A stretch of 64,000 nucleotides of DNA from Cyanophora paradoxa CCMP329 (Eukaryota > Plantae > Glaucophyta), in contig QPMI01000281.1 in NCBI GenBank assembly GCA_004431415.1, forward strand, positions 1 to 64,000, read 5' to 3'. The number at the start of each line of letters is the position of its first letter. Position 1 is the stretch's first letter. The notes under the pieces are model-generated. The model did no database searches and had not been told where the DNA came from. It worked only from the letters and a program-made list of their open reading frames with translations. Positions 12,048 to 27,471 of this stretch are shown one piece after another. A program made the translations under genes and the position numbers.

Positions 12048-13901
12048 ATGTCTATTTCGACGAAGATTGGCATCGCGGACCTGTCCGACGAGCAACTGCG
12101 TGACAAGAAGGTCTTTGTTCGGTGAGCCGCCCCCCGGAATGTGCGGACGGCGTGCCTGACGCGGCCGTCAGCGTCGACTTCAATGTGCCCCTGACGAAGG
12201 AGAAGCCGCTCAAGGTCGCGGACCCGAATCGCATCGTTGCGACTCTGCCGACGATTAACTACCTGCTCGGCAAGGGTGAGCCGTCGGTAGACGTTTCGCG
12301 TTCTCCCTTCGCGTGCATTCGGCTGAACGTCACCGGGCGTCATTTCCAGGCGTCAAGGCGCTCATTCTCGGCAGCCACCTTGGCCGCCCCGATGGCCAGC
12401 GCCAGGACAAGGCGTCGATGAAGCCTGTCGCCGAGACCCTGCAGGAGCTGCTCAAGAAGTGCGTCGCGGCGCTGCCAGATCGGCCACCGCGGTGAACTTA
12501 CGTGCTTGCAGGCCCGTTACCTTCCTGAATGACTGCGTCGGCCCCGAGGTCGAGGCGGCGGTCGCGGCGGCGTCGGGCGGTGCGCCCAATCGAAAGGCCT
12601 CGCGCGTCAAGCGCTGACGCGCGCGTCAATGCAGGCCAGATCATTCTCTTGGAGAACCTGCGCTTCCACGTCGAGGAGGAGGGCTCTGGCGTCGACGCCT
12701 CTGGCGCTAAGGTCAAGGCCGACAAGGACAAGATCGCACAGTTCCGTGCGTCGCTTAGCAAGCTCGCGGATGTGTACGTCAACGATGCGTTCGGCACTGC
12801 ACACCGCGCGCACTCTTCGATGGTAAGCGGCGCACACTTCAGCGACAGTGACCCGAGGCTCAGTCCGTTCTCGCAGACCGGCGTGACCCCCCCGACCGGC
12901 ATCAAGGCGGCCGGCTTCCTCATGAAGAAGGAGCTCGACTACTTCGGCATGGCGCTCGAGAACCCCAAGAGGCCGTTCCTGGCCATCATGGGCGGGTGAG
13001 CGCCTCGGTCAAGCGGAACGCCCTGTTTTCTTCCCTTTAGCCCGCCCCCAGCGCCAAGGTTGCGGACAAGATTCAGCTCATCGAGAACATCCTCGACCGT
13101 GCGAACGAGATGATCATCGGTATGCGCTGGACTTGTTCTGCTGTTTTTCGTCGAAGGCGCGTCTGACTCAAATTCAGGCGGTGGCATGGCGTTCACTTTC
13201 CTGAAGGTCCTCAACGGTCTGAAGATCGGCAAGTCCATCTACGACGAGAAGGGCGCCGAGATCGTGCCCAAGATTATGGAGAAGGCGAAGGCTAAGGGCG
13301 TGAAGATCCACCTCCCCGTCGACTTCGTCATCGCCGACGCCTTTGACGCGAACGCCAACACCAAGCTCATCGCCGCCAAGGATGGTCCGCTGCTCGGCAG
13401 CCGTTTTTCCTCGCGCCGTTGCCTAAGAGGGAGGCGGGGGTAGGCATTCCGGACGAGTGGCAGGGACTTGACTGCGGCCCGGAGACTTCGAAGCTCTTTG
13501 CCGCAACCGTCTGGAACGCGCACACCGTCATCTGGAACGGGTCCGTGGGGCATGAATTACCGTGGTCCGCGTTGTTGTTTGACCCACGGCCTTGCAGCCC
13601 TGTTGGCGTGTTCGAGTTCGACAAGTTCGCGAACGGCACCAAGTCCCTGGCCTTCGCCCTTGCCTCGGCGACCGCCGCGGGCTCGTGCGTGTCTATCGTT
13701 GGTGAGTCATTCGTTGCAAGGTTATGGTCAGACCATCGAATTCTGAACGTTTTTGCAGGTGGTGGCGACACTGCCTCGGCTGCAGAGAAGTTCGGCATTA
13801 AGGACGCGGTTTCGCACGTCTCGACCGGCGGTGGCGCCTCGCTCGAGCTTCTGGAGGGCAAGCCGCTTCCTGGCGTCCTGTATCTTAGCGACAAGGCGTA
13901 A
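12048..13901 (+). CDS. PGK: Phosphoglycerate kinase, cytosolic type; multi-exon
   Basis: [77 protein letters not shown]; no N-terminal extension. Confidence 0.97.
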
Positions 13902-14186
13902 ACTTATTTCGGGAGAAGCTTTCACCCTTTCTTTCCCCAAAATTCAGCATCTGCATGTGATGTATCTGGAATGCTAATTTGCGTTCAGTGTAGGCACTTG
14001 CCGCCTCGGCCATCCCCCCGATGTCCTGAAGGGGCGTAATGCGGCACACGTGAAGGGTCATCGAAACAAAAGGGCCACCGAGGCCTTGGAATCGAGATCG
14101 AAAGCGTGCCACGTTTAATCAAAGCGTGACTCACTGGACTCACGTGGCGGACGATGTCAACGGGTCACGGGGTTGTGGGGACCGTC

Positions 14187-14568
14187 GGATGTGGCATGAG
14201 AGGTGGGACGTCGTCGACGTCACGAGTCAGCTTCGAATTCCACCAACTTGGCTTGCTTCCGAAGTTGGCTAGGTCACATGCCTGGGCTCTGCTTGCACCC
14301 TTCCCGGCTCTGCTTGCACCCTTCCCGGGCACTGCGGCACCGTGGCACTGTGCTGAGAGTCAACTTGAGTCAACTAGTTCTAGTTTACGAAGTGAGAATT
14401 CAGCTCGGTGCACGTTGGACATCTCGGCGTTAGATCCCGGATGACGTCAATGGGTCGAGGGGACGTGGCATGAGATCCAGAGGTGGGACGTCGACGTCGT
14501 CACAAGTCAGCTTCCGACTTGGCTTGCTTCCCGGAGTCCGGATCCGAAGTTGGCTAGGTCACCGTGGC
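14187..14568. repeat. Degenerate ~90-110 bp direct repeat pair (14187-14277 and 14461-14568) plus an internal 21-bp tandem duplication (~14287-14328)
   Basis: gtggcatgaga..gaggtgggacgtcg..agtcagcttc..acttggcttgcttcc..gaagttggctaggtcac occurs twice; ctctgcttgcacccttcccgg occurs twice. Confidence 0.85.
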
Positions 14569-14884
14569 ACATGGTTGTGATCGGATTTTGCTTGCTGGCA
14601 TAATGCCATGCAGCCTGGCTTTTGCATGCGCAGCTAGCGCTTGGAATGCGGCATTATGCCCAATTCTGATTGACGTCGACTCATTGACCGGCAATTGACG
14701 GCTAGCCATGCGCCAGAATAGTCATGACATTATGCTGGTTTTTGCTGCTCCAGACCCTCCGAACCCTGTGAGGGCAGGGTGGGGGTGGGGGGTGGGCGGG
14801 GGGGGAGGCGCTAGACCGCATCACGTGCCACTCTAAAATAGAACTGCATGTTATTGATACAATATCCACATCGGGCAGATGTTT

Positions 14885-17536
14885 CTAGCCTGTCCGCTGC
14901 CGCTTGCCCTTCTGGCCCTCGCTGCTGCTGCCGCCGGGGGGGTAGTTCCAGCGCGCGAACACAGTCTTGCGCTGGGTGAAGAACTCGTAGGCTTCAGAGC
15001 CCTGCATGTGAAGCATGCCGCGCCAGGAGTCCTTGGAGCCCGTGAATGCCATTGTAGGGATGGCTGCCAGCGTGATTAGAGGTGCAGTGCACATGATCAT
15101 GCATGCGGGAAAAGTTTGGGCTTACCAATGGGGACCGCAGCGTTGATGCCGACTTGCATGATGTTCACCTGTGAACTTACGGTTGGCCGAATGACACTGA
15201 CAGACGGTGCTCAACCAAAAACCTACCTCATGCTGGAAATACCGCCCAGTTGAGCCATCCTGGGTGAAGATTGCCACGCCATTGCCGAAGGCATTCTTGT
15301 TCACGAGCTTGATGGCCTCATCGAGCGTATCCATGCACATGAACCCTGATGAAGCAACAGGCGTCACGTAACAGCTGAAAAGTGGATGAATACAGGAAAC
15401 AGACCAACACAGGGCCCGAAGATCTCCGTCTTGTAGCACTCCATGTCCTCGCGCACGTTCCCCAGAATGGTCGGGCCGACGAAGTTGCCCTTCTCAAACC
15501 CGGGAATGCGAATGGTGCGGCCGTCAACAAGCGGAGTTGCGCCCTGCTCAATTGACTTGTTGATGAGCTCGAAGATCCGGTCCTTGCTCTGATGAAAGAA
15601 GAAGATTAGCTATGCCCTCTCAGCAGAAGAGTGATGTTAGGATCTGCACCTCCCGTGTCACAACTGGCCCGAAGAAGGTCGACTCATCCATCGGGTTCCC
15701 TAGGTATATGTGCATCAGATCACGATTCTAATCAGGGAGGACGGTTCTGAAGAAGCACCGGTCTTAAAATGTTCTACGGCCTTTACCTGTTTACGAGAGA
15801 AGCATTAATGAATCTATCAGAGCGTTTGAAAGGGCAGGGCAGACAAAGTCGGGGATCCACTGCTTTGCCTCGCCAATGAGAACACAGATCTTAATCGCCA
15901 TGCACTTCTGGCCGGACTCGGCGTACGCAGCATGCAGAACACTTTGGATGGCGAGCTCCTTGTCGGCATCTGATGGACGGTCACGGGGGCGCAGAGACCA
16001 AGAGGGAAAAGGGACACCAGGCATGACGACCGCATGGCAGTGCGCTCCCATATTGGCCTGAACATTCTTGCCTGCAAGCGTGGCGCGGTTGTAGATGTAC
16101 TGCAGTACATGTTACAAGAATCTCCGTTGCTGACAGAACGGGGCAGATCTACCTTGCCCGCAGGCGTGCTGCCAATGAAGGAAACCGTTTTGATATCGGG
16201 GTTGTCGCAGATGAAGTTCACGGCATCTGGTAATGCATTAGACAGCAGCACTCAGTGAACAGTTTTGGTTCTCCGGTCAGTTGCACCATGACGCCCATGG
16301 AAGACGTTCAAAACACCAGGGGGAAAGCCAGCCTCGCCAAAGAGACGAGCCAGAATCACCGCTGCGGTTGGCACGAACTCGCTGGGCTTCAGCACGAATG
16401 TGTTTCCACACACGATCTGCACGAGGACACTCCTTCGGTGCGTGCACGATAAAGAAACGACGGCCGGTCACAGAAGCAAAACGCGGCGCACAGCGACAGC
16501 CATCTCCAGCATGGGCATCGCGGCGGGAAAGTTGAAAGAAGAAATGCCAGCACAGACACCGAGAGGCTCGCGAATGGTGTACGAGTCCAAGTGCTTCGCG
16601 ACGTCGCCGACAGTCTAAAAGGAAGCATTAACCATGCATAGCAAGATCAATGGCCCAAAATTGCGCACCTCGCCCTGAATCATCGAGCCAGCCGAGAAAG
16701 CGTGCTGAAGGAGATCGAGGGTCCAGCGCACGTCTGTCCGCGCCGCTGTGATTGTTTTCCCCTCCTCCTCCGTGATCGCCCGCGCAATTTCCTCCAGATT
16801 GTCCTGGATCAAATTGTACCACGCCAGCATACACTTAATGCGCTTCGTGACCGACCTACGAGCGAGAGCGAGAGCGAATCAGTCAGAAAGGAGAGCGAAA
16901 AGCGCCGCTAGCAATTTTTCCGGATGCTCAAGAGACGAGGCGGTTCGGGCGCGCACATCCGAGACCATACGGGGTAGGCGGCCTTGGCCGCGTCAACCGC
17001 CCTACCATTTCGGGAAGGTAAGCGCACGGCAGAGGGCAAACCAAGGAGGGGCCAGAACGCAGCCCTGGCGCCCTGGCCCGCGCCAAACGACGAGGAAAGC
17101 GCTCGCCTTTGCATCTCTTCCTTAGTGCTCAGAGGAACGCGCGTTTGGATTTCCTGCGTGGCCTGCGGAGGCGCTCGCGTTCAGCGAGCGAATGGACCTT
17201 TTTTGCGGAAGGTCGTGCGAAGGGCTGGGCGTATTAAGTAGATGGAACTTGAGAAGGCACTTACGGGGTTGAGGACGTCCATCCACATCGTGGTCTCGCT
17301 GTCCACGAAGGCCCCCCCAATGTACAGCTTCGCCTTCGGGATCTGTCGGAAGTGACGGTCAGCGGCGCCGGGCTTCGGGCTGTGGGAGGCGAGCGAAGCG
17401 GGGGTTAAGCGGTCATTCGCGTGTCCTAGGGCCATTGTGCGGCGCGAGATGCCGCGCTGCACACTCCAGGAACGGAGCGTCGTGTGCGGACGCCGACGCG
17501 TCACGGGGAGGACGCAGCGCGAACCGTTTTTGCCAT
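14885..17536 (-). CDS. ALDH6A1: Methylmalonate/malonate-semialdehyde dehydrogenase (ALDH6 family); start uncertain (17536 or 17435)
   Basis: [59 protein letters not shown] (catalytic Cys), [39 protein letters not shown]. Confidence 0.9.
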
Positions 17537-17799
17537 CTTGACGATCCAACTGTCGAACGTGCGTGCTGCCGAGCTACAAATTCTGCGAGCTCTCCCCGGC
17601 CGAAAACTCTGAGGGGTACGCGCTCATAGCATCGGCCAGCAGGTTAGCCCTTGCTCTTTCTTGGCTTGCAGGTTGGCCCCTTGCCCTTTCTAGGCTCGTT
17701 GTTGTGGGGTTGTGCGCTCCTCTTTTCTCAACCCCACAACGAGCGTGCACGTGCTCGGCCAGCGCGCACCGGCGCGCCCGCCGCTGATATGCTTGCAGG

Positions 17800-18474
17800 A
17801 TGAATCCGGCGGCGGCGGCTGCAACGCTCTCCAACGAGCTCCTCGCCCCGATCCTTGTCCGCGCCGGGGATGCCCCCGCCCAGTGCAAGTGCAGTCGGGC
17901 GTGCCCGCAGCGCCGGCCCAGCACGGCGAAGACCGTCATGAAGGCCGACGCCGTGCGTCGGATAGCTGCTTGTTGAAAGTCTCGCTGACGGCCGCTTGCA
18001 GGGCGCCATCGCGGGCGGCATCATCGCTGTTGGCGGCGTTGCGGCCAGCATCGGCGCCCTGGCGTGGATCGAGCGCATGGGTGCCCGCTCGGTGCGTTGT
18101 GCTCGGTGAAATTGCGCAGCCGTTGCCTGAGCGTTCGATCAGTCCAAGCGCCCCAACGCACAGTCTTGCGTCGTGTGCAAGGGGTCCGGCAAGAGTGCGC
18201 CCCGGACTACTTACATCTCACGTGCACCTTTTAATGAAACCTCGCGCAGTCACCTGCAGGAACTGCGTTGGAACCGGCAAGGTCTCTTTATTTCTTTTTA
18301 ATGTTCTCTTCGCTTGCCCCTAACGCACGGCCTCAGCTCCCGATCGAGGTCGACGGGAAGTTCCCCTCTTGCCCCAACTGCGAAGGCAAGGGCACCTTGC
18401 TTTGCACAAATTGCTCAGGCAATGGCATTCAGCCCAGATACCTTGATCGTCGCGAGTTTGTCGATGACGATTAG
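17800..18474 (+). CDS. LQY1: LQY1-like thylakoid DnaJ-type zinc-finger protein (TM helix plus four CxxCxGxG repeats)
   Basis: Spliced product ...GAIAGGIIAVGGVAASIGALAWIE..SKRPNAQSCVVCKGSGKITCRNCVGTGKLPIEVDGKFPSCPNCEGKGTLLCTNCSGNGIQPRYLDRREFVDDD*. The QPRYLDRREFxDDD tail matches plant LQY1 as I recall it. Start codon tentative. Confidence 0.85.
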
Positions 18475-18921
18475 GCACCCCACTCTTTCGGTCAGTGTGT
18501 CGGGCTGCAATTCCGTAGTGTAACCCCTGGCACCTTTTTATGTACGCGCTCTCTCTCAACTGCTTTGCATGGTCACGCGCATGTACATGTTGCACCAAAT
18601 GCATGCATAGTTCCTTCTCTTCTTCTCAAAATGTCGATCGCAAGTTCTGCTGATGGCTGGAGTCAATCGCTTGAAAATGTCGATCGCCCATGGCCATGCT
18701 ATCGGCCAAGTGATCCGAGCGCTAGTGAAGATCCCGAGGGTCATGAACGCTAATCAGTAGATCTAGATGCCGCAGCCCCCCTTTTTAGTACCTGGCCAAG
18801 TCTGAAGGCGGGGCGGTTAGGAGAGAATTTCCCCACCCCCCGAGCCAAAAAGTCTACGCCGCAGCGAAACAGATCACGATGTATTGGCGGCGACTGATAA
18901 CCAGGAAGACATGGCGACTTT

Positions 18922-19551
18922 CTACTCGTCACCCTCGGCCTCCTCGTTCTCGTGGATGTTGAAGTAGCGGAGCTCGAAGGTCGTCTTGTTCGACGACACC
19001 ACGCGGAGCCAGTCACGCAGCTGCTGCTTCTTCAGGTACTTCTTGGTGAGGTACTTCAGGTAGCGCTTCGAGAAGGGGCCCTCGGCGGTCACGTTGATCT
19101 TGGTCTTGTCCCGAGAGATGGTGATGGTATCGCCAAGGTTGCCCGCCTTGCCGTTCACCTTGATGCGGTCGTGCAGGAACTTCTCCTACAAAGCAGGCGT
19201 GGGCCAAACGCGGGGCCGGAGCGTGCGGAAAGTGGGGTGCGCACGAAGGAAGCGGCATCCATGATGCCGTCATCGACCGGGGAACTGCATCCGCGTCAGC
19301 GTCTGCAGGTCAGCATATACCGTGAGCGCGGGCACCTGGCATCGATCGTGAACCTGTTTGCGCGAACACGGAACTCGAACGTTAGCTGCGGGACTGTGCA
19401 CTCGCTGGCGCGCTCTAGAGCCTGCTAGCTGGACCGAGGCTCGGAACGCTCTACGCGCATCCGCCGTGGGGGCAACTCAAGCAGAGCTAGCGCACTTGTT
19501 CACGATCTTCTTCGACTTCGAGGCGCCGCCCTTCTTCTTGATGACTGCCAT
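18922..19551 (-). CDS. RPL22: 60S ribosomal protein eL22; includes an 18-nt micro-exon (19336-19353)
   Basis: [66 protein letters not shown]. Confidence 0.97.
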
Positions 19552-20502
19552 CCTGCCGCCGGTCGCGATCTGGGGGTAGACGGGCCGCACAACCAGCTCC
19601 GTACCCACCCCCCTCCACTCCCCCCCCCGTCGCCGATGCAAGCAGCTAGCGCTTCTGGGACTCTGTAAGCTTTTCTCCGTCTGTGCTGCTGTTCACCACG
19701 TTTGTTTGCAAGCTGGGGCGTATTTGCGCAGCGGCGACCGGGCCGACCGATGCCATGGCCAGCTGCTGGAGCCTGGAGGTCGACGCTGCGCGTGCGGCTC
19801 GAGGCCGACAGTGACTGCGTAACTGGATATCTCTCAAATCGTAACTGCGTAACTGGATCGATGCAGAAACTGACGATCGATCACATCGATCGCTCGATTT
19901 TGAATTCCGGCTCTTGTCGCGCGCATAGGCAGGTGGCTCTTGTCGCGCGCATATTAACGTTCTCTAGCTGCGAGATTCGGGCGTTTTTGCGCAGCGGCGA
20001 ACCGCTGGACCGACCCTTGCGCAGCGGCGAACCGCTGGACTGGAATATCGATATCTAGATCTAGATCTCGAGGTCCTCTAAAACTCCCTCGAGCTCGATG
20101 TATAAAAAGGCCGAGCTGCATCGGCTGGCCGCATTCTTCGCCCATCGCGAGAAAGGTGATCTTTGCTTTAACTTCCCACCCCCGCGCCGAAGCTGGGATC
20201 TAGATCTAAGCGGTAGTCCGCCGGTCCTCGCAGGTCAACACAGCAAAGCTGCGACGGCCGCCTCCGCGCGGCCGGGCGCGGCGTGTTCTGGTTCGCTTCG
20301 CCGAGTCGCCCGCGCGCGCCGCCCCGCGCACGTGCTCGCGTGCTGAAGGGTGATCATGCATATGATTCTCGCGCGCCCTGACTCCGGAAAATTCGGCTCC
20401 GCGCAGGGCGCTCCCTCCTAGGGGATTTGCGCTTCTCCGCGCAGGAACTCGTCGAAGCTGCCACGCGGTCCTCGTGAGCACACCCCGCGCAGCGCCCGGC
20501 AA

Positions 20503-20531
20503 GCGCGCGCGCGCGCGCGCGCGCGCGCGCG
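20503..20531. repeat. Perfect (GC)14 alternating tract
   Basis: Seen directly. Confidence 0.9.
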
Positions 20532-21858
20532 ACGTCGACGTCGCGTCGTTTGATCTCATGGGCACTCGCAATTCTGCAGATCTAGAGGCCCGCTTCGGCG
20601 GCGGCGACGAGTGCACCCGCGATGCGTTTCGCAGCTCCTTCCCCGACCGAGGCCGCGCTCAGGTACGCGCATGCGCAGCGCGCGCGCGCTCGATCGAGCT
20701 TGTTTAAATTCAAGCTTGCCTCTTAAGCTTCGGGCGCTCGCGATTGAGCGCCGACGTCGCGCGCGCAGGGTCCTGCGCGCTCCTTCGCCGGGGTTCCGTA
20801 TGGATCTACACGCGCCCCGCTCTGGCAGGCCACCCAATCCCTCTGTGCGCTCTTCGGCGAGCAGCACTCACATTGGGCACCAGTGCCCCCCCTTCGATTT
20901 CGATTTCGATTTCTTTAAAATTTTGATTTAATTTCGCGCGCGCGCGCGGCGCCACGCAGGCGATCCGCACGGATTGCGATGGCCCCGGCACCCCAGCTTC
21001 GATCCGACGCGACGCGATGCGGCTCCACCTTTCGCACCTTCGGGAGCGGGGGAGGCCCGGTACCGGTCTCCCGGTCCGGGGCTCGTTGGGGTTCCGGCCC
21101 CCTCGGGCAGCATTCCTCTCCCTTAGCGGCCAGTCCGTGGCGGGAACGGGCGAGCCTCCGGGCACGGCCCGCACCTTTGATCTTTTGATCTTAAGCACGT
21201 AGGGCAAGTAGGCCTAGGTTTCGATCTCGAGCTTCGGTATTCGATTTCGATTTTCGACGTCACTTGCCTATCTGACTGAGCCCATGGATTCGACCGGCGG
21301 CCCACTGCTAGCCAAACAGCTACTAGGGCTAGTCCAGATGTTGTCGGTCGTCTCTGAAATGCATGGCCATGGCATGCGCAGCGCTAGAGGGCTGCATGCG
21401 CACGACTCGGCGAGGTCGACCGTCGGACGCTGCCGCTCGCTAACGCTCATACCGTAACTGTCTGCGACAACTTATTATATGCATGCATATGCAGCTGAAA
21501 CAGACCATCGATCACTCAGTGACTCGATTACGAATTCAAGCCCCTTCCGAAGTTCAAGGCTTCGATTTCGATTTCAGTGCGTGCTTTTACCATCTTGTCG
21601 AGTTCGATTATTCATTGCTAAGATACGATGAGTAGCTTGACCTCTGTTATCTTTCGATTTCGATTTGCGCACTCAGTCGAGCCCGAGTGTAGATTCACAG
21701 GATCTGCTAGTCAAACAGCTAGCTGCGCGGCACGTCAAAATGCAACCCAGGAGCCAATGCACAATCGCTCGCTAGTTTCTCATGTACTAGTACTTGGTAT
21801 GCACAGATCTCCTACTTGCAACTAACAAAATACATTATCCTCAAAGAAACCGCCCTCC

Positions 21859-24644
21859 TCAGCCTTGGCTGAGAAGCAGAATCCCACTGGGCGACTCCAC
21901 ACTCTCCTGGCGCTTGATCTTCAGATCGTGCAGATCGCGAATCTCTCTCTCCAAAGCTGTACTCTTATGCCCATTCTCCAGAAGAATCCGGCGCCGCTCA
22001 TCAGCAGGCATGAAACCTCTGTTCATGTACTCCTCACGGGTTACTCTTCTGTTTCATAAAAAGTTTGTTGTAGTGCGAAAATTAAAAAAATCGGAGAGCA
22101 TACGTAATTTGCCGTGCACGCTCGAAAGGACTCAGCTGATGCACCGATTCGTTCTCCCACTCCCAGTCCAGGCCTTGTGGACAATGAGTTTCAAAGAGGA
22201 GGCCAGATAATGCATAACCTACCGACAGATGGCCCAGTATCATCAGGTACACCTCCACCGCCGCTGAGCGTCCGCCTGTATTCTCGGATCTCAACCTGAC
22301 CAAACCTCGTTTGCTTTGCTCCACCTGCGCTTGATCCACCTGTTGGATGGTTGTCAAGAGATGAGGCGAGAAAAAGAATGAAAAGGAGAACGAGCCAAGC
22401 GATTGACGCCTTTGAATCTGCGACTGCAAGGCTTGCAGCTGCTGCTTGAGATCGGCATTCTCTGACCGCAAGCTATCAATGTCGCCCTTGAATGAGCAGA
22501 TCTGGTCTGCCTGCTGGGATATTCTCTGCACACAGCCCTGTCAGAGTTTAGAGAGTGTTACAATGCCAGAAGGCAAACCTGTTTGAAATCCGCCTGCAAG
22601 CGTGCACTCTCCGCCTGCATGGCCTCAAACTGCATGACAGCAGACTGGCGGGAGTTCTCTTTGTCTTCCATCTCTCTCCGAAGGCGCCTGGCCTCCTCCT
22701 GTCGAGCCTCAAGCTCCCGGCGGAAATTCTCTTGCTGTGAGGACAGTAAGCAAAAAGTTGCCCGAGAGAGAAGCGATCATACCCTCGCAGCAGCAACTCT
22801 GCGGATTCCATCAATGAAGATGCGCTCATATTCATCCAGTTGTGTATTTGACAGGCCAGTGAGTGGAATGGTCCCGTTCAAACGACCAAGCTCATCCTGA
22901 AGATATTCATCAACAGGGCATAGAAGAGAGACCAAATGATGGGGTATTTTACCTGCAGCTGCCTGTCTGCTGTCATGGCAATACGGCGCTCAGATTCTAC
23001 AGAGTCGTCCGCCTGGCGAGATCGGGATGAAACAGCAGGATTCGCAGACGATGGCGGCTGCAGAGCTGCATCGAGGTACGAGCACTCCAAGGACCACATC
23101 GTCTCCAGGTATGCCTTGCCATCGTAGCCGCCAAGAATCAGAACCTGGCCATTCACTGCAGTTGAAGAATGTTTGCAAAGGGTAGTTGGCGCGACTCCCG
23201 CCAGCACCCACTTGTTTTGACCTACGGAGAAACAACTTTGAGCGATGTGGTCGAGTGCATGGACCTCAACCCTCGCACTGCAATCAAAGAGCCAGCAATC
23301 GTCGTAGAAGTTTGTGCCATCAAAGCCACCGAAAACGACAAGGGTATAGTTCCACAGCACACAAGTGTGGTAGGCTCGCGCCGCAGGGCCCTCTCCTGAC
23401 GCCTGGCCGACCTTGCGGATTGGGGTCGCCGGGAAAGAGCTACCAGGATTGCAATCCACTTTGGACCAGCGGAGGGTTGCTATACGGGGGACTGAGAAAT
23501 GTAAAAATAGACTAGATCGTGAGAGGCTGCACGCACCAACGTCCAAGCAGTTGATGTCATCAAAGAAGTGATCACCAGCACGACCACCGAACAGGTAGAG
23601 CTTCCCTCCGTTCAAAGTGGCTGAATGATAGGCCCTGGGTGCTGGACAGTCCCCTGCAAGGTTCGCACGTGTCCAGCTGCCAGAAACTGGACGAAATCAA
23701 ATAAAGCCAGGCGACTAATCGATCCTTAGTTCATACCAAGATCAAGAAACCAGACATCATTGAAGTACTCTGTCTTTGCGCAGCCTCCGAAGACGAGCAG
23801 CTTATTATCGCCGATGAGAGTGGCCGTATGCGCGTAGCGAGGAGCAGGGTGTGGCCCGGAAGTCGCCAGCCGGGTCCAATTCATGGAAACTGAGCTTGCG
23901 TCAGCCTGAGGGCGCAGCGGCATCCAGGCAGGACAACCAGAAACGAACGAGTATCAAGAATCCAGCAATCGTCAAACCAGTGTGAACCATCGAAACCACC
24001 GAAGATAACGATCTTCGACCCGCAGGCTGTTGCAGAGTGCGCGTACCGAGCAGGTGGCGGGCCCCCGGTGACGGACGGCAGCGACCAGGTGTTCAGCGCT
24101 AGCAGAAAGTTAAGAAGGCATTCGAGAATGCCCCAGAGCCTACAGTGGCTCACCGAGATCGAGCTGGATGAGGTCGTTGAAGATCTTCGGAAAAGAGCCG
24201 CCGCCGAACACGAAAAGCTTCTGCCGGCCGCCGTGGCTGATCACGGTGGCGGTGTGGCCCCCACGCTCCCCCATTGGAGGTCCAGCCAGCGAAGGAGTGC
24301 CCCACGGGAGCTGCTGCGCGCCTGCCGCCGCAAACCCTGAGTTTCCAGCCCCAAAACCAGCGGCACGCGCGCGGCGCACTCAGCGAGGCCTTAATCTTTC
24401 CATTGTCTTTCTTCCTCAAGCTGTCTCGACCCGTAGCGCTGCCCCCGTGGGTCTTTGGGGTTACAATCTCGCTGTCGGACGCACTGCCGCTGCCGCCAGC
24501 ACGAGGACGGTACGGCTTGGCCCCCTCGAGGCTATCCCGTTTCTTTGCCGGCTGCTGCTGGGCGGCCAACGCGGAGGATACCAGCGGCGTAACCTGGCGG
24601 AACAGCTTCGTAGGCGCCGCCGCATTTTGGGGCTGTAGCCGCAT
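21859..24644 (-). CDS. Kelch-repeat beta-propeller protein with C-terminal coiled coil; 5' end uncertain
   Basis: Repeated R.GH/AHTA..LFVFGG..FND..W motifs (ERGGHTAT, ARYAHSAT, PRYAHTAT, RAYHTCV), followed by heptad-rich exons; stop at 21859-21861. Confidence 0.8.
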
Positions 24645-24855
24645 TCTGACGGCTCTAAGCTTTGTCGGCTGCGCTCCTGGGCCAAGCGGCTTCGCTTTAA
24701 GCTAACGGGTCGGTCCGGATGAAGCTCAAGAGGGGCAACGGCTCTCAGGCTCGACTGTACCCCCCGAGCGTCGGGGTACGATGGTCGTCCGCTGCCTCCG
24801 TGTCTACAGCTAGCAGCGACGACGCGGTCACGTACGCTGCGAAGTGCATGTTTCT

Positions 24856-27249
<2,394 letters not shown>

Positions 27250-27471
27250 CTCGAAGGGACGTCAATCAGCTTTGTTTGATGTACGTCACTAATACTAGTA
27301 ATATAGAGAGAGAGCAAGCAAAAGACAATATATCCACTTTTGACAGAGACTTCGGGGTACAAGAAAATACGTCGAATCTGACGACCGTCTGGGCACGGAA
27401 GGCGCGCGCCTCGGAGTGATCTGCGAACGCGCCGTCGGCGTGATCTGAATCTCCGCACCCAGCTGGAGCTC

